From Carpediemonas membranifera BICM (lineage: Eukaryota; Protista; Fornicata), in assembly GCA_019828565.1 (NCBI GenBank), contig JAHDYR010000064.1:558001-622000 (forward strand): 64,000 bases of DNA. Reading direction: 5' to 3'. Of this stretch, positions 30,102 through 41,320 are shown piece by piece. Every line of letters starts with the position of its first letter. The first letter of the stretch is position 1. The position numbers and the translations under genes were made by a program. A model generated the notes under the pieces. That model saw nothing but the letters and a program-made list of their open reading frames with translations, ran no database searches and had not been told where the DNA came from.

Positions 30102-31013
30102 CTAAGAGACGATGTCGTCTGCCATCCGGGTCATGATCAGCTTGTACGCCGCCCGGAACTCCGCCTCCTTCTTGTTACGGCCCAGGGCAGACGCCCTCAG
30201 CACCTCGCGACTGGCCGGGTTCGAGACCTTGACGGTGCTGTTGAACCGGGGCGCGTGGTCCGGGATGCCCTCGCCCATCTTGCGGCGGGTTTCGTAGAGA
30301 GGCAGGTTGAGTCCGTTTTTCTGCGTGTACTCGTTGAGGACGCCTTTGTAGTTCATGCCAGGCTGGAACGCGGGGCAGTTCCTTGGAACGCCCCGTGTGA
30401 TCTCCTCCGCCAGCTGGGCGTTAAACACGCTCTCAGCATCAGACAGTGACGATTGGTCAACCGCCTCCCGCTTGCAGGGCAGGTCGGCCGGCGGGGGTCG
30501 GAAGCCCGGGACCGGCAGCTCGGGCCGCTCGCACGGTGGAACCTGTGAGTGGCTGGGAGATGTAGTCTGGCCAGGCGAGAGCGTCTGGATCAGACCGCTC
30601 TCGTGCAGTCGGCCGATCGCGGTGAGCAGGCCGGCCATATGACCATTGGCTAGCTTCACGTTAAAGTAGAAGAGCCTGAAGAACTTGTCCTGCAGTCGTC
30701 TGACAGACAGTGGCAGCATCCCAGGTCCCTTCAGGGCATGGTAGAGGGTGATCATATGGCCCATCGCATGGGGGCATGAGCTGGCGCACGAGTGCCGGGA
30801 CACGAAGCCTTCAACCTCAGAATGCCCCCCTTCCGTCGCGTACATCGCTAACGCCGCGTTAAGCAGATACTTGCCTGTTTCATTCGCGGAAATGCAGTCT
30901 GCGGCAAATACAAGCTGAACTGTCCCCTGATCCCACTCTTGTTGGAAAAACTGGGTCAATTCAGCTTGTATTTGCCGAAACTCTGCATCGTTGCGCTCGC
31001 TGCCCGCGGACAT
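30102..31013 (-). CDS. Protein with C-terminal dsRNA-binding domain
   Basis: NYKGVLNEYTQK..LPLY..PDHAPRFNSTVKV..GRNKKEAEFRAA. Confidence 0.88.
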   Translation of the reverse strand: MSAGSERNDAEFRQIQAELTQFFQQEWDQGTVQLVFAADCISANETGKYLLNAALAMYATEGGHSEVEGFVSRHSCASSCPHAMGHMITLYHALKGPGMLPLSVRRLQDKFFRLFYFNVKLANGHMAGLLTAIGRLHESGLIQTLSPGQTTSPSHSQVPPCERPELPVPGFRPPPADLPCKREAVDQSSLSDAESVFNAQLAEEITRGVPRNCPAFQPGMNYKGVLNEYTQKNGLNLPLYETRRKMGEGIPDHAPRFNSTVKVSNPASREVLRASALGRNKKEAEFRAAYKLIMTRMADDIVS

Positions 31014-31180
31014 TCGAGTTTCACGCGTGGTTGTTGTGAGTGCCGCGTTGCCTCCCCTTAAATAGACTCCTTAAATTCGTCACCATCACCAACGAGCTTC
31101 TAGTACTGCGTCCTCCCCAGAACCAATGTTCCAGTGGGCTTCACCACGTCTCACAACAGGCCAGGTTAAAACCGTGCCAT

Positions 31181-32152
31181 TTAATACTCCGACACCTTGC
31201 TGACTGATATGGTGGCAGTCGCCTGGGGCGGGGACGGCGTCGTCAGCGTCGGGGGCGGCAGCTGACTCGACACGCCTTTGCCACGTCGAAGACTCTCGCG
31301 CTTCTTCTTGAACCGGAAGACGAAGTTCTGGATCTGCCGCAGGGACGGGCTCTCCTCGCCCATCGTCGACTGCAGGTCAGACGCAATGGTGCTCGGCGAC
31401 TTGCCCTGTTCGACCAGGTTCTCGATGAACCGCTTGAGCTGCGCCGTGATGCCTCGCCTCTGCCTGGGCGCGGTCTGCCGCAGGGCGTGGCCGCCGTGTG
31501 TTGAGTAGTAGACACGGCCGGACACGGGACAGAAGAGGTACTTGGCCTGGAGGGTGCAGGTGTTGCTGTCGCAGCAGGCCTTGTCGCACCGGTACCGCAG
31601 GACGAGCATTTTATGCCGGCCCTCGGACTGGTCGGCCCCGCACTGCGTGCACCACGCCCGGATCGACCCGCGGGATATCCAACCCTCCGTGGTGCGGTCC
31701 TTGGACTCCTTGACGGCTGCCTTGACGACATCCTCCGAAACGTTGCCGGGCTGGAGGCCGAGCTGATCCGTGATGTCCGCAAAAGCCCAGCCCAAAGAGA
31801 ACTGGGGGGGCACCGAAATACTGGGATCACTCGCATGCTCCATCGCTGCGGGCGCGGGGTCGATACACATTGCTGAGATTCCAAGCAGGCCAAGATCAGT
31901 TTCTGCATCGGTGGAGGTTTCGAACGAGCCATAGCTCGGGACAGATGGGATACGGCGCATCGTGGAACCACCGGACAGAACATCACTGTACTGGTCGCTA
32001 TACTGGTTGGAATAGTACTCCATTGCAGAATGGGTCTCCTCCTGGCTGAAAGAGCCGCCGCCAGGGCTGAACATGTTGGCGGATGAACTGTACGACAGCT
32101 GTGGGATCATAGGAATGTTCGGAGGCTGTAGTATATTTGGAGGAGGATCCAT
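31181..32152 (-). CDS. Putative transcription factor with MULE-transposase-type zinc finger/HTH, no DDE domain
   Basis: YRCDKACC..C..C..HGGH..RRGITAQLK..PSTI..PSLRQIQNFV; S/P-rich acidic N-terminus. Confidence 0.6.
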   Translation of the reverse strand: MDPPPNILQPPNIPMIPQLSYSSSANMFSPGGGSFSQEETHSAMEYYSNQYSDQYSDVLSGGSTMRRIPSVPSYGSFETSTDAETDLGLLGISAMCIDPAPAAMEHASDPSISVPPQFSLGWAFADITDQLGLQPGNVSEDVVKAAVKESKDRTTEGWISRGSIRAWCTQCGADQSEGRHKMLVLRYRCDKACCDSNTCTLQAKYLFCPVSGRVYYSTHGGHALRQTAPRQRRGITAQLKRFIENLVEQGKSPSTIASDLQSTMGEESPSLRQIQNFVFRFKKKRESLRRGKGVSSQLPPPTLTTPSPPQATATISVSKVSEY

Positions 32153-32262
32153 ATGAACGCGTAACAGCCTTTGAACCCGAGATTGAGGTCTGTCGTTGCA
32201 GAAGTGCACTTTACTATTCGATCTTGGAGGATCTTCGGATCGATCGCAATATAGGGATCAAT

Positions 32263-34416
32263 TCAGACAATAATACCAGCCTCCAGCTGCCCCTGGTGGA
32301 TGGGCGACATCAGGCCGTCGTCGTGGCGTGCCAGGAAGTCGGGGACGACGAGCCCGAGCTCCTCTGTTGCCTGGCGGACTTGCGTCCTGCTCGTCAACAT
32401 CCCGAAGAGCTGGCTGGTACGCTGGATGAAGAGCGTGGTCTCGCCGTAGAGCCGCTTGACGTCAATGACGTACCGCTCGCTTTCGGCGTCCTTGGAGCCG
32501 GGGAGCACGTTGATGTTCAGCCCGAAGCGCAGCTCGCGGTGGGACTTCGGCACCATCTGGTCGCCCGCTACCCTGAACCGCAGGGAGAATATCGATGGGG
32601 CGTCCCGGGCCTTGCGTTTGGGCGCCCCCGTGGCGATGGACACGCCACCGTCGGGCACCATGTCACCAGCAGCGTCCGGCGTCAGTGTGCTCATCGGTGC
32701 GGTCGGCTGTCCCGTGTTGTGGTCGCGGCGGAGTTCCTGGACGCTCTGGATCCTCACGACGGACCGGCCGATCTTCCACTCATACCCCGCCTTGCGGAGG
32801 GTCGACAACACGATGAGCAGCAGGTGGACGGGTGAGATCAGGCCGGTGTCTCCCATCGTCACCCCCAGTACGAAAGGCGCACACTCCTTCGGGCACAGCT
32901 TCGGTGTCCGGGTGTCCCTTAGCGGCCTGTAGGCGCGGTCGGTGTTCAGGTCCAAGCTGTCAGAGGACGACCCGAGCGAGAAGACGCCCGCGTCCAGCTC
33001 AGGCACCGCGGCGAAGGACGGCGGGATGACGAGGACCTCCTTGGGCCGCGACGCCAAACTCAATACGGGCGGCATCACTGCGCGGCCACCGGGTGTCCCG
33101 AGGAGGTTGATGCCGTCTGAGCTGGCGTTGGCGGACAGCGCGTTGACAGCGTCAATGTCGAAGGGGTCGGCGTCCTCTGTGTCGCTGAACAGGCCGTCCT
33201 GCCGGACCGGCTCTCCCCGGTGGGACAGCAGCTCGCGGACCTTTGGAGACTGCGGGACCGAGCCCTCCACGAACGTGTTGAAGACGTAGTCCCGGAAAGG
33301 ATGCCGCCCGTCCGTGAGTGGCGAGTGGGGGGCCGCCGCCCGCTCGCACCGCATGTCGCTGATCAGGGCGTACGCCACCATCACCTGGGACGAGAAGCGC
33401 TGCTCCGCAACGGCCTCATCGATCTCGGCCTGGCTGAAGCCATACCGCACCAGCTCCTGGAAGATGTCGGGATCGAGCTCTGTAGCTGCGGTCACGGTGC
33501 GACAATCGAGCAGGTGGTCGATGTACAGCGGCAGGTCCTGGCGGAACCAGGGGTGGCGGCGGATCTCGTCGATCTTGATGCGGTTGTCAGGGTTGACGAC
33601 GAGCATGCGGCGGATGAGGTCCTGGGCCATCGGGTTCACGCAGGAGGGCATGTGGAACTGCGCCTTCTTGATCTTGGCGAATAGGTTGGGGAGCTTGTAG
33701 TCGTCGAAGGGCAGCGATCCCGTCAGTAGGGCGAACAGGATGATGCCGCAGGACCAGACGTCGATCTGCGGGCCGATATAGTGCTTGCCCGAGACCACCT
33801 CGGGGGCAGCATAGTTGGGGCTGCCGCAGCTCGTCGAAAGGAAGTCGCCGTCGGCCATGATGTTGGAGAGACCGAAGTCGGCCAGCTTGATGTTCTTGTG
33901 TGATGATAGCAGCAGATTCTCGGGCTTCAGGTCACGGTGAACAACCTGGTGCGAGTGACAGTATGCCACAGCCGAGATGAGCTGCTGGAAGAAGTGTCTG
34001 GCCATGTCTTCCGTGATGGTTTGGGACACGATGAAGTCGAACAGCTCTCCACCACTGACGTACTCCTGGACAACTGGGTAAGGGGAGATGGGGCGACTGA
34101 CGGTAGATGTGGCGCTCGGTCTCGAGGACCTCGTACAACCGCACGATGTGGGGGTGGTTGAACAGCTTAAGGATGTTGATCTCCCGCTGGATCTTCTCCC
34201 CCATGTTCAGCTCACGGATCTTAGCTCGTGACAGGATTTTCACACCTGTGTAATACAAACAATACGGCAAAACAAACCGACACTGTGCCCTGTCCTCATG
34301 TGCACGCCAAGGTGCACCGTACCGAAGCTGCCTGAACCAAGCTGCTTGCCGATCTTGTACTCAGAAACAACTTTCACCTTTGTGGAAGTATTCTGGTGCT
34401 TGTGGCGGTGCGGCAT
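32263..34416 (-). CDS. SNF1: SNF1/AMPK alpha catalytic subunit; introns 34246-34277 and 34074-34101
   Basis: LGSGSFG, HRDLKPENLL, DFGLSNIMADGDFLSTSCGSPNYAAPEV, UBA/AID region, C-terminal YVIDVKRLYG. Confidence 0.95.
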
Positions 34417-34872
34417 TCAAGCGGGCTATCCTGCGCGGTTCTGGCTCGACGGTCGACAGAATTTCGCACACCATTCGAAGCCGTACAACATGATTCGGCT
34501 GGGTCGACGGCATCCCTCCATTTTCGTGCCCTGAAAGACGTTGATTGCCTCGCAATCCGAACTCAGTATACTTAATCTGCCGATAATCAGAAATCAAATC
34601 GAAACCGGAATCTGCAAGTTTAATCGATGACTAGGGAGACTGACTGACGTCTGGCGGTATTACCGTGCTTATCCATGGGGGCGGACGATGCAAACGACAG
34701 AGGTCGCGCTCAGTCACCAATCGACCTTGGCCGCGACAAACTAACTCTCCATGATATCGGCGGCGCGGTTTTACGCAGAGATGCTGGCATGGCTGGTAGA
34801 ACGGTCGAGCCACAGGTGATCGGTGGCTTTGTGTAATACGCGTAGTTTTGCGACGACGATAGCGAAGCCACG

Positions 34873-35550
34873 ATGCCGTCAATCAACGAATACGAATACT
34901 ACATGTTCGATTTCGATGGGACAATCTTCGATTCGTTTCCACTAAGCGTCGTGTCCGGCGCAGAGACGATGGCGAAGTTCCGCCCTGGCTCGCCCACCGT
35001 GACGGATGCCTGGGTGAAGGTCAACATGGGACAGACGCTTCCATCCTTTGTCAGGGACATGCTGGGGTGCTCTGGGACGCCTGCCACCGACGACGAGGTT
35101 GTAGAGGCGACTGCGTTCTTCTGCCAGCACCAGGCAGACTTCGGGCAGATGTACGCCCGCATCTTTGACGGCTCGAGAGAGGCCATGCAGAAGCTGAAGC
35201 AGGCTGGCAAGAGGATTTCCATCGTGACGTCCAGGACGAACCAGACGCTCCTCCCCTACCTGGATGTGTTCGGGCTGGCCGAGTTCGTCGACTCAGTCGT
35301 CACCCCAGACACTGTGAAGAATCACAAGCCCGACCCCGAGAGCATCGACCTGGCTTGCGAACAGATGGGCGTCACGGACAGACACGCCGCCATCATGGTC
35401 GGCGATATGCCGACTGACATCCTAGCCGGCGTGGCTGGGGGCGTTGACACATGCATGGTGGGTTGGGCCAACATCTTGCAAGTCAAGACGCCTGAGGACC
35501 TTGAGCCGAAGCCCACCCACATTGTCTCTTCCATGCTGGACTTCGTTTAA
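34873..35550 (+). CDS. HAD-superfamily phosphatase (PpaX/phosphoglycolate phosphatase-like)
   Basis: FDFDGT, IVTS, KPDP, MVGDMPTD motifs I-IV. Confidence 0.93.
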   Translation: MPSINEYEYYMFDFDGTIFDSFPLSVVSGAETMAKFRPGSPTVTDAWVKVNMGQTLPSFVRDMLGCSGTPATDDEVVEATAFFCQHQADFGQMYARIFDGSREAMQKLKQAGKRISIVTSRTNQTLLPYLDVFGLAEFVDSVVTPDTVKNHKPDPESIDLACEQMGVTDRHAAIMVGDMPTDILAGVAGGVDTCMVGWANILQVKTPEDLEPKPTHIVSSMLDFV

Positions 35551-35778
35551 AACATAATCTCTCAACTCGGTGGATGTCTTAACCGTCATGTTGGGACTAT
35601 TGCGGGGTTTCCCATTGCCTTGAGACACAGCCGTTGGGGTAGAAGTAGTTCTGCCGTTGAGGTGCTGATTGTAAACATCCGTGTTGCTGGGCTTGGAACT
35701 TTAGTGGCCCCTGATCAATCAGTCTTTTTTTCATGCCATAAAAAACTCACAACACAACAAGACCTTATAACAAACCAG

Positions 35779-35962
35779 ATGGCACGTTTCAGGCATCAGC
35801 TAGCTTATACAGGGAAAGAGAGAGTTCGACAGACACAGTGGCACCGGTCGTGGCCATGAAGAGCGCAAGGACGGCTTTGCCGGCTGGGGAGAGAAGGATA
35901 AGAACGTCGAAGGCGGCGAGAAGCTTGATCCCCACGATCCTATGTTCGAGGAGAAGGAATAA
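35779..35962 (+). CDS. 50-aa SERBP1/HABP4-motif microprotein; GC-AG intron 35782-35812
   Basis: M/GKREFDRHSGTGRGHEERKDGFAGWGEKDKNVEGGEKLDPHDPMFEEKE*; GKREFDRHSG is the HABP4_PAI-RBP1 signature. Confidence 0.75.
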
Positions 35963-36115
35963 GTAAATATCCCTGCGCGTGCTCATTGGCTCGCAGTTGT
36001 CAACTGACAAGGGGAAAATGCTGGAACCGCCAGAGCCAGCGAGCAACGCCAACAGCTGCGAGTGGGCAACAACTGATCGGAATATGAAGGCAAAAACAAG
36101 ATATTTTACTGACCC

Positions 36116-37513
36116 CTACTCGACAAGGTCGTTGACCTCAGGGCCGTCGATGGGCGTGTACCCGACGGCAGAGGCGGTCTTGGTGCCGGCCTTGATGAGC
36201 TTCATCTGGCGACGCCTCTCCCAGTAGCCGTAAACAGCCATGGAAATGACACCGATGAAGATGACGACAGAGAGGGCGGGGATGGCGAGGTTGACGGGGG
36301 CGGGAGGGTTGTTGCACGCCTCGATGATGAACTTGGCGTGGTCGTTGAACGACTTGATGTACTCGCACTTCTCGGCCTGGACCTCGAAGACGTTGTCCGT
36401 GGGGTCGGCGTACATGGAGAGGACGGTGTCCTCGTCACGGATGGGGTAGATCGACAGCACGTTCTTCAGGAAGCCGTCCCGGTTGAGGTTGCTGTTCACA
36501 TCGACGGCCTTGCGGACGGCAAGCCACTTGTCGGTGGCGGTGATGGCCTCCTGGATCTTGGTGGAATCCTGCAGCATCATGTGGTGGTGGATGTCGAGCT
36601 TGGTGGCGGATGTCAGGTAGTCACCGTCGGTGGAGTAGATCGTCGCGGAGTTGGACCCGGACCCGACAACGGACATGAAGATGGGCAGCTTGGTGGCGAC
36701 GCCGGTCGTGATGTAGTTGATGGCGGAGTTGTAATTGTCGCGACCCTCGATGAGTTCACGGAGGTAGATGGAGGGAAGGACGTAGTGGTTGGTGAAGCCG
36801 GAGATCAGGTCGGCGAGCTTGGGCACGGCATCCTGGTAGTTGGCGGCGTAGGTGGCGGCGAATGACTCGGCGCCAGTGTAGGTAACCCCACCGATGACAC
36901 CGACCCAACCGGCGAGGGTGACGGTGGACTTGGTGTGGACTTCGGTGTCGCGATCCATGTAGTCAATGGCGACGACAAGGTCCTGAAGCTGAGTCTTGCT
37001 ACGGTGGGTATACTTGTTGGTGTTCTCAACAGCGCCGGCGTTCCAGGAGAAGCCAAAGATGGGATGGCCTTCGTCATCGTCGGGCTTGCGGACGATGAGT
37101 GTGGTGGAGGCGTCACCGACCGAAAAGTCGTACCAAACGTTGAGAAGGATGAGGTCGCTGAGGGTGATGTCGGTCTTCTTGCCGTCATCAGACAGAGCGT
37201 TGTAGATCATCTGGATCTGCTTGTAGTAGCGAGTGGGGAAGAAGGTGGCGGCATTGTTGAGGATGGTAGTCTTCTCAGTGGCATCGAAGACGCTCTTCGC
37301 GGTGCTGATCGCAGCCTTGATTTCGCTCCTCTTAGAGTTCACAATATCAGCCCATGGGTTGACAGTGGTGCTCTGGAGATCAGCCATGTAGAACTTGTGG
37401 CGGTGGAGGGTACGGGGCCACTGAGTTCCGAGGGCGAAGGGGTTGGGGAATGCTGAGACAGTAACGCATACTGCAAGCATCGAAAGCAAAAACATCGCCG
37501 AAACAGCCTTCAT
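36116..37513 (-). CDS. Acid ceramidase/NAAA-like Ntn-hydrolase homologue, type I membrane protein
   Basis: Signal peptide; LSDLILLNVWYD..STTLIV..GHPIFG; TLAGWVGVIGG; C-terminal TM then GYTPI. Confidence 0.7.
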   Translation of the reverse strand: MKAVSAMFLLSMLAVCVTVSAFPNPFALGTQWPRTLHRHKFYMADLQSTTVNPWADIVNSKRSEIKAAISTAKSVFDATEKTTILNNAATFFPTRYYKQIQMIYNALSDDGKKTDITLSDLILLNVWYDFSVGDASTTLIVRKPDDDEGHPIFGFSWNAGAVENTNKYTHRSKTQLQDLVVAIDYMDRDTEVHTKSTVTLAGWVGVIGGVTYTGAESFAATYAANYQDAVPKLADLISGFTNHYVLPSIYLRELIEGRDNYNSAINYITTGVATKLPIFMSVVGSGSNSATIYSTDGDYLTSATKLDIHHHMMLQDSTKIQEAITATDKWLAVRKAVDVNSNLNRDGFLKNVLSIYPIRDEDTVLSMYADPTDNVFEVQAEKCEYIKSFNDHAKFIIEACNNPPAPVNLAIPALSVVIFIGVISMAVYGYWERRRQMKLIKAGTKTASAVGYTPIDGPEVNDLVE

Positions 37514-37941
37514 TGAAGAACCTGGACTAAGCTTTGGCAAGTTTGCTGAACACGACTTCCCGAGACTGCACGCACTTTTGCCCAGCTAGCTCAGCGGTGG
37601 GTCCGAAGAACGGCGCTGGATTGAGAGCTATCAGGAAGATGTACCGCATCAGCCGTTGTTCTGACGCCGATTTGTTTCTTGTGCTCACAAAGAAGAATAC
37701 TATATCGGCAGCTGCTCAAGCAAGGAGATGAATAAATGATCACTTGTCGTCGTGAGGCTCAGGCAGGTCGAGATTCAAGCATGACGCTTGGGTCAAGGCC
37801 AGAGCAACCTTGTCATCGGCTGACTGCCAGGCGTCCAAACATCGTATGGTCAACCATTTTCATGTCTGTTCCCCATATACCCTGGATGCGCGCCCTATAT
37901 CGCGATTTATGCGGGTATGCATTGCTGACAGAAAACAACAA

Positions 37942-39834
37942 ATGACAGAAGTCGAGCAACAGCAGCTCTTCAAGCTGCTGGAGTCGCTCAGCGATACTAG
38001 TAACCACTATAAGCTGCTTTATGTTCTTGAAAATAGCCCGCCTGGCAATGTCATTCCAGAGCTTGCCGACATCAGCGTTACTGACCTACCAGCCAGGTTC
38101 GCGACATTCTTTGATGCAGAGTCTCATAGATTCACCGAAACACGCATGGATACGCTTTTCCCGCCCCTCGGAGGAGCAAAGCCGACCGTATACTCTGGCC
38201 GGGAGGACAACCCCCTCGCTGCCGTCTACGGCGCCTTCCACGGGGCCCTTATCGCCAAGGGCTACCTGTATCCGTATAGACGCATTCGTATGCTGGCCAG
38301 GCTGGCCAGTGCGGACCGAGCGGCGCCCCCTGGCCCCGTATCCGTCCTTCGCACTCTCAACGACGCCAGCGCTTTTGTCCAGGTCACCGTAGCGCACATG
38401 GGCGACTTCATCTGCATTATTCCGCCCGTGGTCCGTGCGGAGATCGTCAAGACCATGCCCCCGCCCCTGACTGCCCGCCTGCCGCCCCCGCCCCGTGGGG
38501 TGACCGACGATCTCCGCGTGTTCGCACAGGCTCTCACACTCCCCGCCGTGCCCGACCTCTCCAGGGCCAAAGAGGCACTGTTCGTCGCCTCCAGGGCTTC
38601 CGACCCGAAGGAGCTGGCCGCGGCCATCAACCGACCCGGACCTGCTCTCGACGCTGCTTCCGTGCAGGCTATGGCTGTGCTAGACTTCTACATGACTCAG
38701 GCGATGCCTGTTGGTCTGTCCCGCCGGACGACACTCATGGGCCGCGTGCATGACGGACAGAACGAGGCAGAAGAGCTCCGGATCAAGGCATTGAAACTGC
38801 TCCGATCCGTAATCGGATCAGCAGATCTCGATTCGACAATCCGATCTCAGCTCTATCTTCACGCGGTGCACTTCCTGACCGAGACGCTCGGGTTCCAGGC
38901 CCACGTCTCCGCGACCGAGGCTGTTCGGGCGGCCCTGGCCCTGGCCCATGTCATCGAGGACGCTGGTATTACCGCCATCGGGCGGCTGGCCCGGGGAAAG
39001 AAGGCCGTGTACCCCTGGGTGGTGGTGGACATGCTCCGGGGCATAGAGCCCGCCGACTGGCTCTTCGACGCCCTGGGCACCCGGACGTTGTTCCTGGCGG
39101 TGTCTGCGGTGATCCCGCTGCTCTCGTCCTGTCTGTCCGCCTTCTCGGGCCATCTGGAGGAGCATCTTCCATCCTCGGTGGTCGATGCGCTGCACATCCT
39201 CGCCTGGGCCCGCGAGGAGTCTCTCTGCCACCAGCCCCACCTGCTGTGTCTCTACACACTCGACCTGCTCGACCAGGCACCGCAGGCCCGCGGCACACCA
39301 ACAGCCGGCCTCAGGCAGAGATTTATCACGGCCTCGGCCGCCTGGCTGGAGGGGGCGGGGCCGGACAAGGACGACTCGGCGGCCGGGGTCAGGTTCGTCC
39401 GGAACTGCTGGCCCCAGCTAGCCGTGTGCCTCGAGCCGCTACATTCTAGGCCCACGGATGAGACTCGCGCGGCAACCCAGACGCCGCAGGGGCTCCATGG
39501 GCCTGGGCAAGGGACGCGGCGCCGGAATCGGGTCCGGGCAGCCGTCGAGCATGAGAACGACATCGATGACGACGACGTCTTCGACCGCAGGCTGGGCTCT
39601 CTACCCAGGGCACTGCGGGAGACGATCTCGCTCGTCCACGGCCGGCTGATCGAGTCGGTCAAGGCTGGTCTGCCATCCGAGGTCCCCGACTACCCGGCCC
39701 TTGCGGACGACATCTGGCGGCGGACATGCGGCGTCATTCAAGGGCTGTCTGACACTGACTGCACGCCCGCGATGATGGCTGCGGCCGCTGAGTGCTGCGC
39801 GGAGATGGTTTACCGGGAGCTCGCCTCGGGGTGA
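37942..39834 (+). CDS. Hypothetical alpha-helical protein
   Basis: ~630 aa ORF, L/A-rich, no family recognised. Confidence 0.7.
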   Translation: MTEVEQQQLFKLLESLSDTSNHYKLLYVLENSPPGNVIPELADISVTDLPARFATFFDAESHRFTETRMDTLFPPLGGAKPTVYSGREDNPLAAVYGAFHGALIAKGYLYPYRRIRMLARLASADRAAPPGPVSVLRTLNDASAFVQVTVAHMGDFICIIPPVVRAEIVKTMPPPLTARLPPPPRGVTDDLRVFAQALTLPAVPDLSRAKEALFVASRASDPKELAAAINRPGPALDAASVQAMAVLDFYMTQAMPVGLSRRTTLMGRVHDGQNEAEELRIKALKLLRSVIGSADLDSTIRSQLYLHAVHFLTETLGFQAHVSATEAVRAALALAHVIEDAGITAIGRLARGKKAVYPWVVVDMLRGIEPADWLFDALGTRTLFLAVSAVIPLLSSCLSAFSGHLEEHLPSSVVDALHILAWAREESLCHQPHLLCLYTLDLLDQAPQARGTPTAGLRQRFITASAAWLEGAGPDKDDSAAGVRFVRNCWPQLAVCLEPLHSRPTDETRAATQTPQGLHGPGQGTRRRNRVRAAVEHENDIDDDDVFDRRLGSLPRALRETISLVHGRLIESVKAGLPSEVPDYPALADDIWRRTCGVIQGLSDTDCTPAMMAAAAECCAEMVYRELASG

Positions 39835-40052
39835 TTGCGGGCCTCTGGTCTTCGGTCTTTAGGAACTGTTTTTGAGGTGTTCTCTGGCTTCTGGGACATG
39901 CTGGCCAAGCTGCTCATGTCTACACTCGAGGAGTGCACATTCTGCAGCGTCGGGATCCCATAAATAGGCGTGGGGAATGCGCGCAGCGTTGCTTTTACCT
40001 TGAGTCGGACGTCCGGAGACGTCATTCTTTCCAAATTTTGACGAGTTCAACG

Positions 40053-41074
40053 ATGCACCCGAAAGCTCACTCGCAAACCAAACTGATGGTGGTGCTTTCA
40101 GAACTAAGCTCCGTTCCAGAGCTATCGTTGTTTCTTAGATTTCACATAATTGGCGCTAATGTACCTGCAAAATCGATGTATGTCCAAATTTCCGGATCTT
40201 ATGCAGTATGGTCGAAGCTATTCTCGATACAGAGGGTTTGGAGGCCGATCCGAACGAAACAACGTACTTCTCACAGATTTGCAATCGACGTGTCGACGTT
40301 CTCCACCGCCTTGCCAGCCACCCCGCTGCAAAGGTCACCGCCACAGCCAACCCGATGCCGATCAATCCCGACCTCAACAGACGCCTGGTAGCGAACAAGA
40401 CAGTCGGGATGCTCATGACTGCTGCCAAAGGCGGCTCGGCACTCCCCACACCGCCCCAGTTTCTCACGGCCCAGCACAGGCCCCAGCCCCAGGCCGTGGC
40501 TCCACGGGCACCGTTCGTGCTCAACTTCACTCTTCCCGACATTACGCTGCACCGGTCTGCTGGAACGACCACCACTGGCCTCCAGATGGTCCTCCGCGTG
40601 TGGGAGGTCCGCGAGGCAGCTGTGGGAACATGCCTCGGCGTGGCTCACGTCCCAATCTCTAGCAGGGCAGGGTCTGATAGGCGCAGGGCACCAGTACTCG
40701 CTGAGAAGCTGTCCTCGACCCACGTTGTCACAAACACCTTCTTGGGCGGGGTCCGGTTCGACCCGCCGCTGTTGGCGGCTAAGGTCGACGGCAGACCAAG
40801 TACAGAGTCGATAGGCTTCATTGATATCGAGTATGAGAGCCTGTTACAGAGACCGCCGCCTCGTAGACGAGCGGGGAGCCGCCGCAGTCGCCGGGAAACC
40901 AGTGGGGTGCGGGATGGCGTCACGATGGGGGAACTTGTGTCCAGCAGCCGTGTATCTCGACGGATGCGCGATGGAAGCGAGAGTGCCCGAGGCGATTGGA
41001 GTGCCAGGAGACGGTCGCGGCACACGTCGTCGAGCGTACTACTGCCCATTCCTGACATTGATGGAGCTGGTTAG
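40053..41074 (+). CDS. Hypothetical protein, possibly C2-like; intron 40178-40206
   Basis: 29-nt GTATGT..TTATGCAG intron joins MHPKAHSQ..AKSI to ORF 40208-41074. Confidence 0.6.
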
Positions 41075-41278
41075 ATGACAGAATGGTCATTTTTTATGTT
41101 AGAGCGTTGTACCCACAAAGATTCAGATCAATAAAATGGAATAGGCCGGCTGAGTCGAAATGACATGCTAATTGAAGCCTACGAATGTTCTATAAGAGAC
41201 ATACTGGCTGGAGTCTGGCGGAGTGAGTCAGGAGGGCGGTAGCTACCCATATTTTCAGCCTCGCTTTTTTATGCAGTT

Positions 41279-41295
41279 TTTTTTCATTGAAAAAA
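41279..41295. promoter_or_regulatory. TTTTTTCATTGAAAAAA palindrome upstream of RPS6
   Basis: ~25 nt upstream of ATG; same motif as at RPS14. Confidence 0.45.
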
Positions 41296-41320
41296 GTTGC
41301 TTTGCTCCCCAGGCTTGCTA

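Noticed and set aside
39810-40050. Short minus-strand ORFs between two plus-strand genes
   Set aside because: No recognisable motif, intron signal or codon bias.
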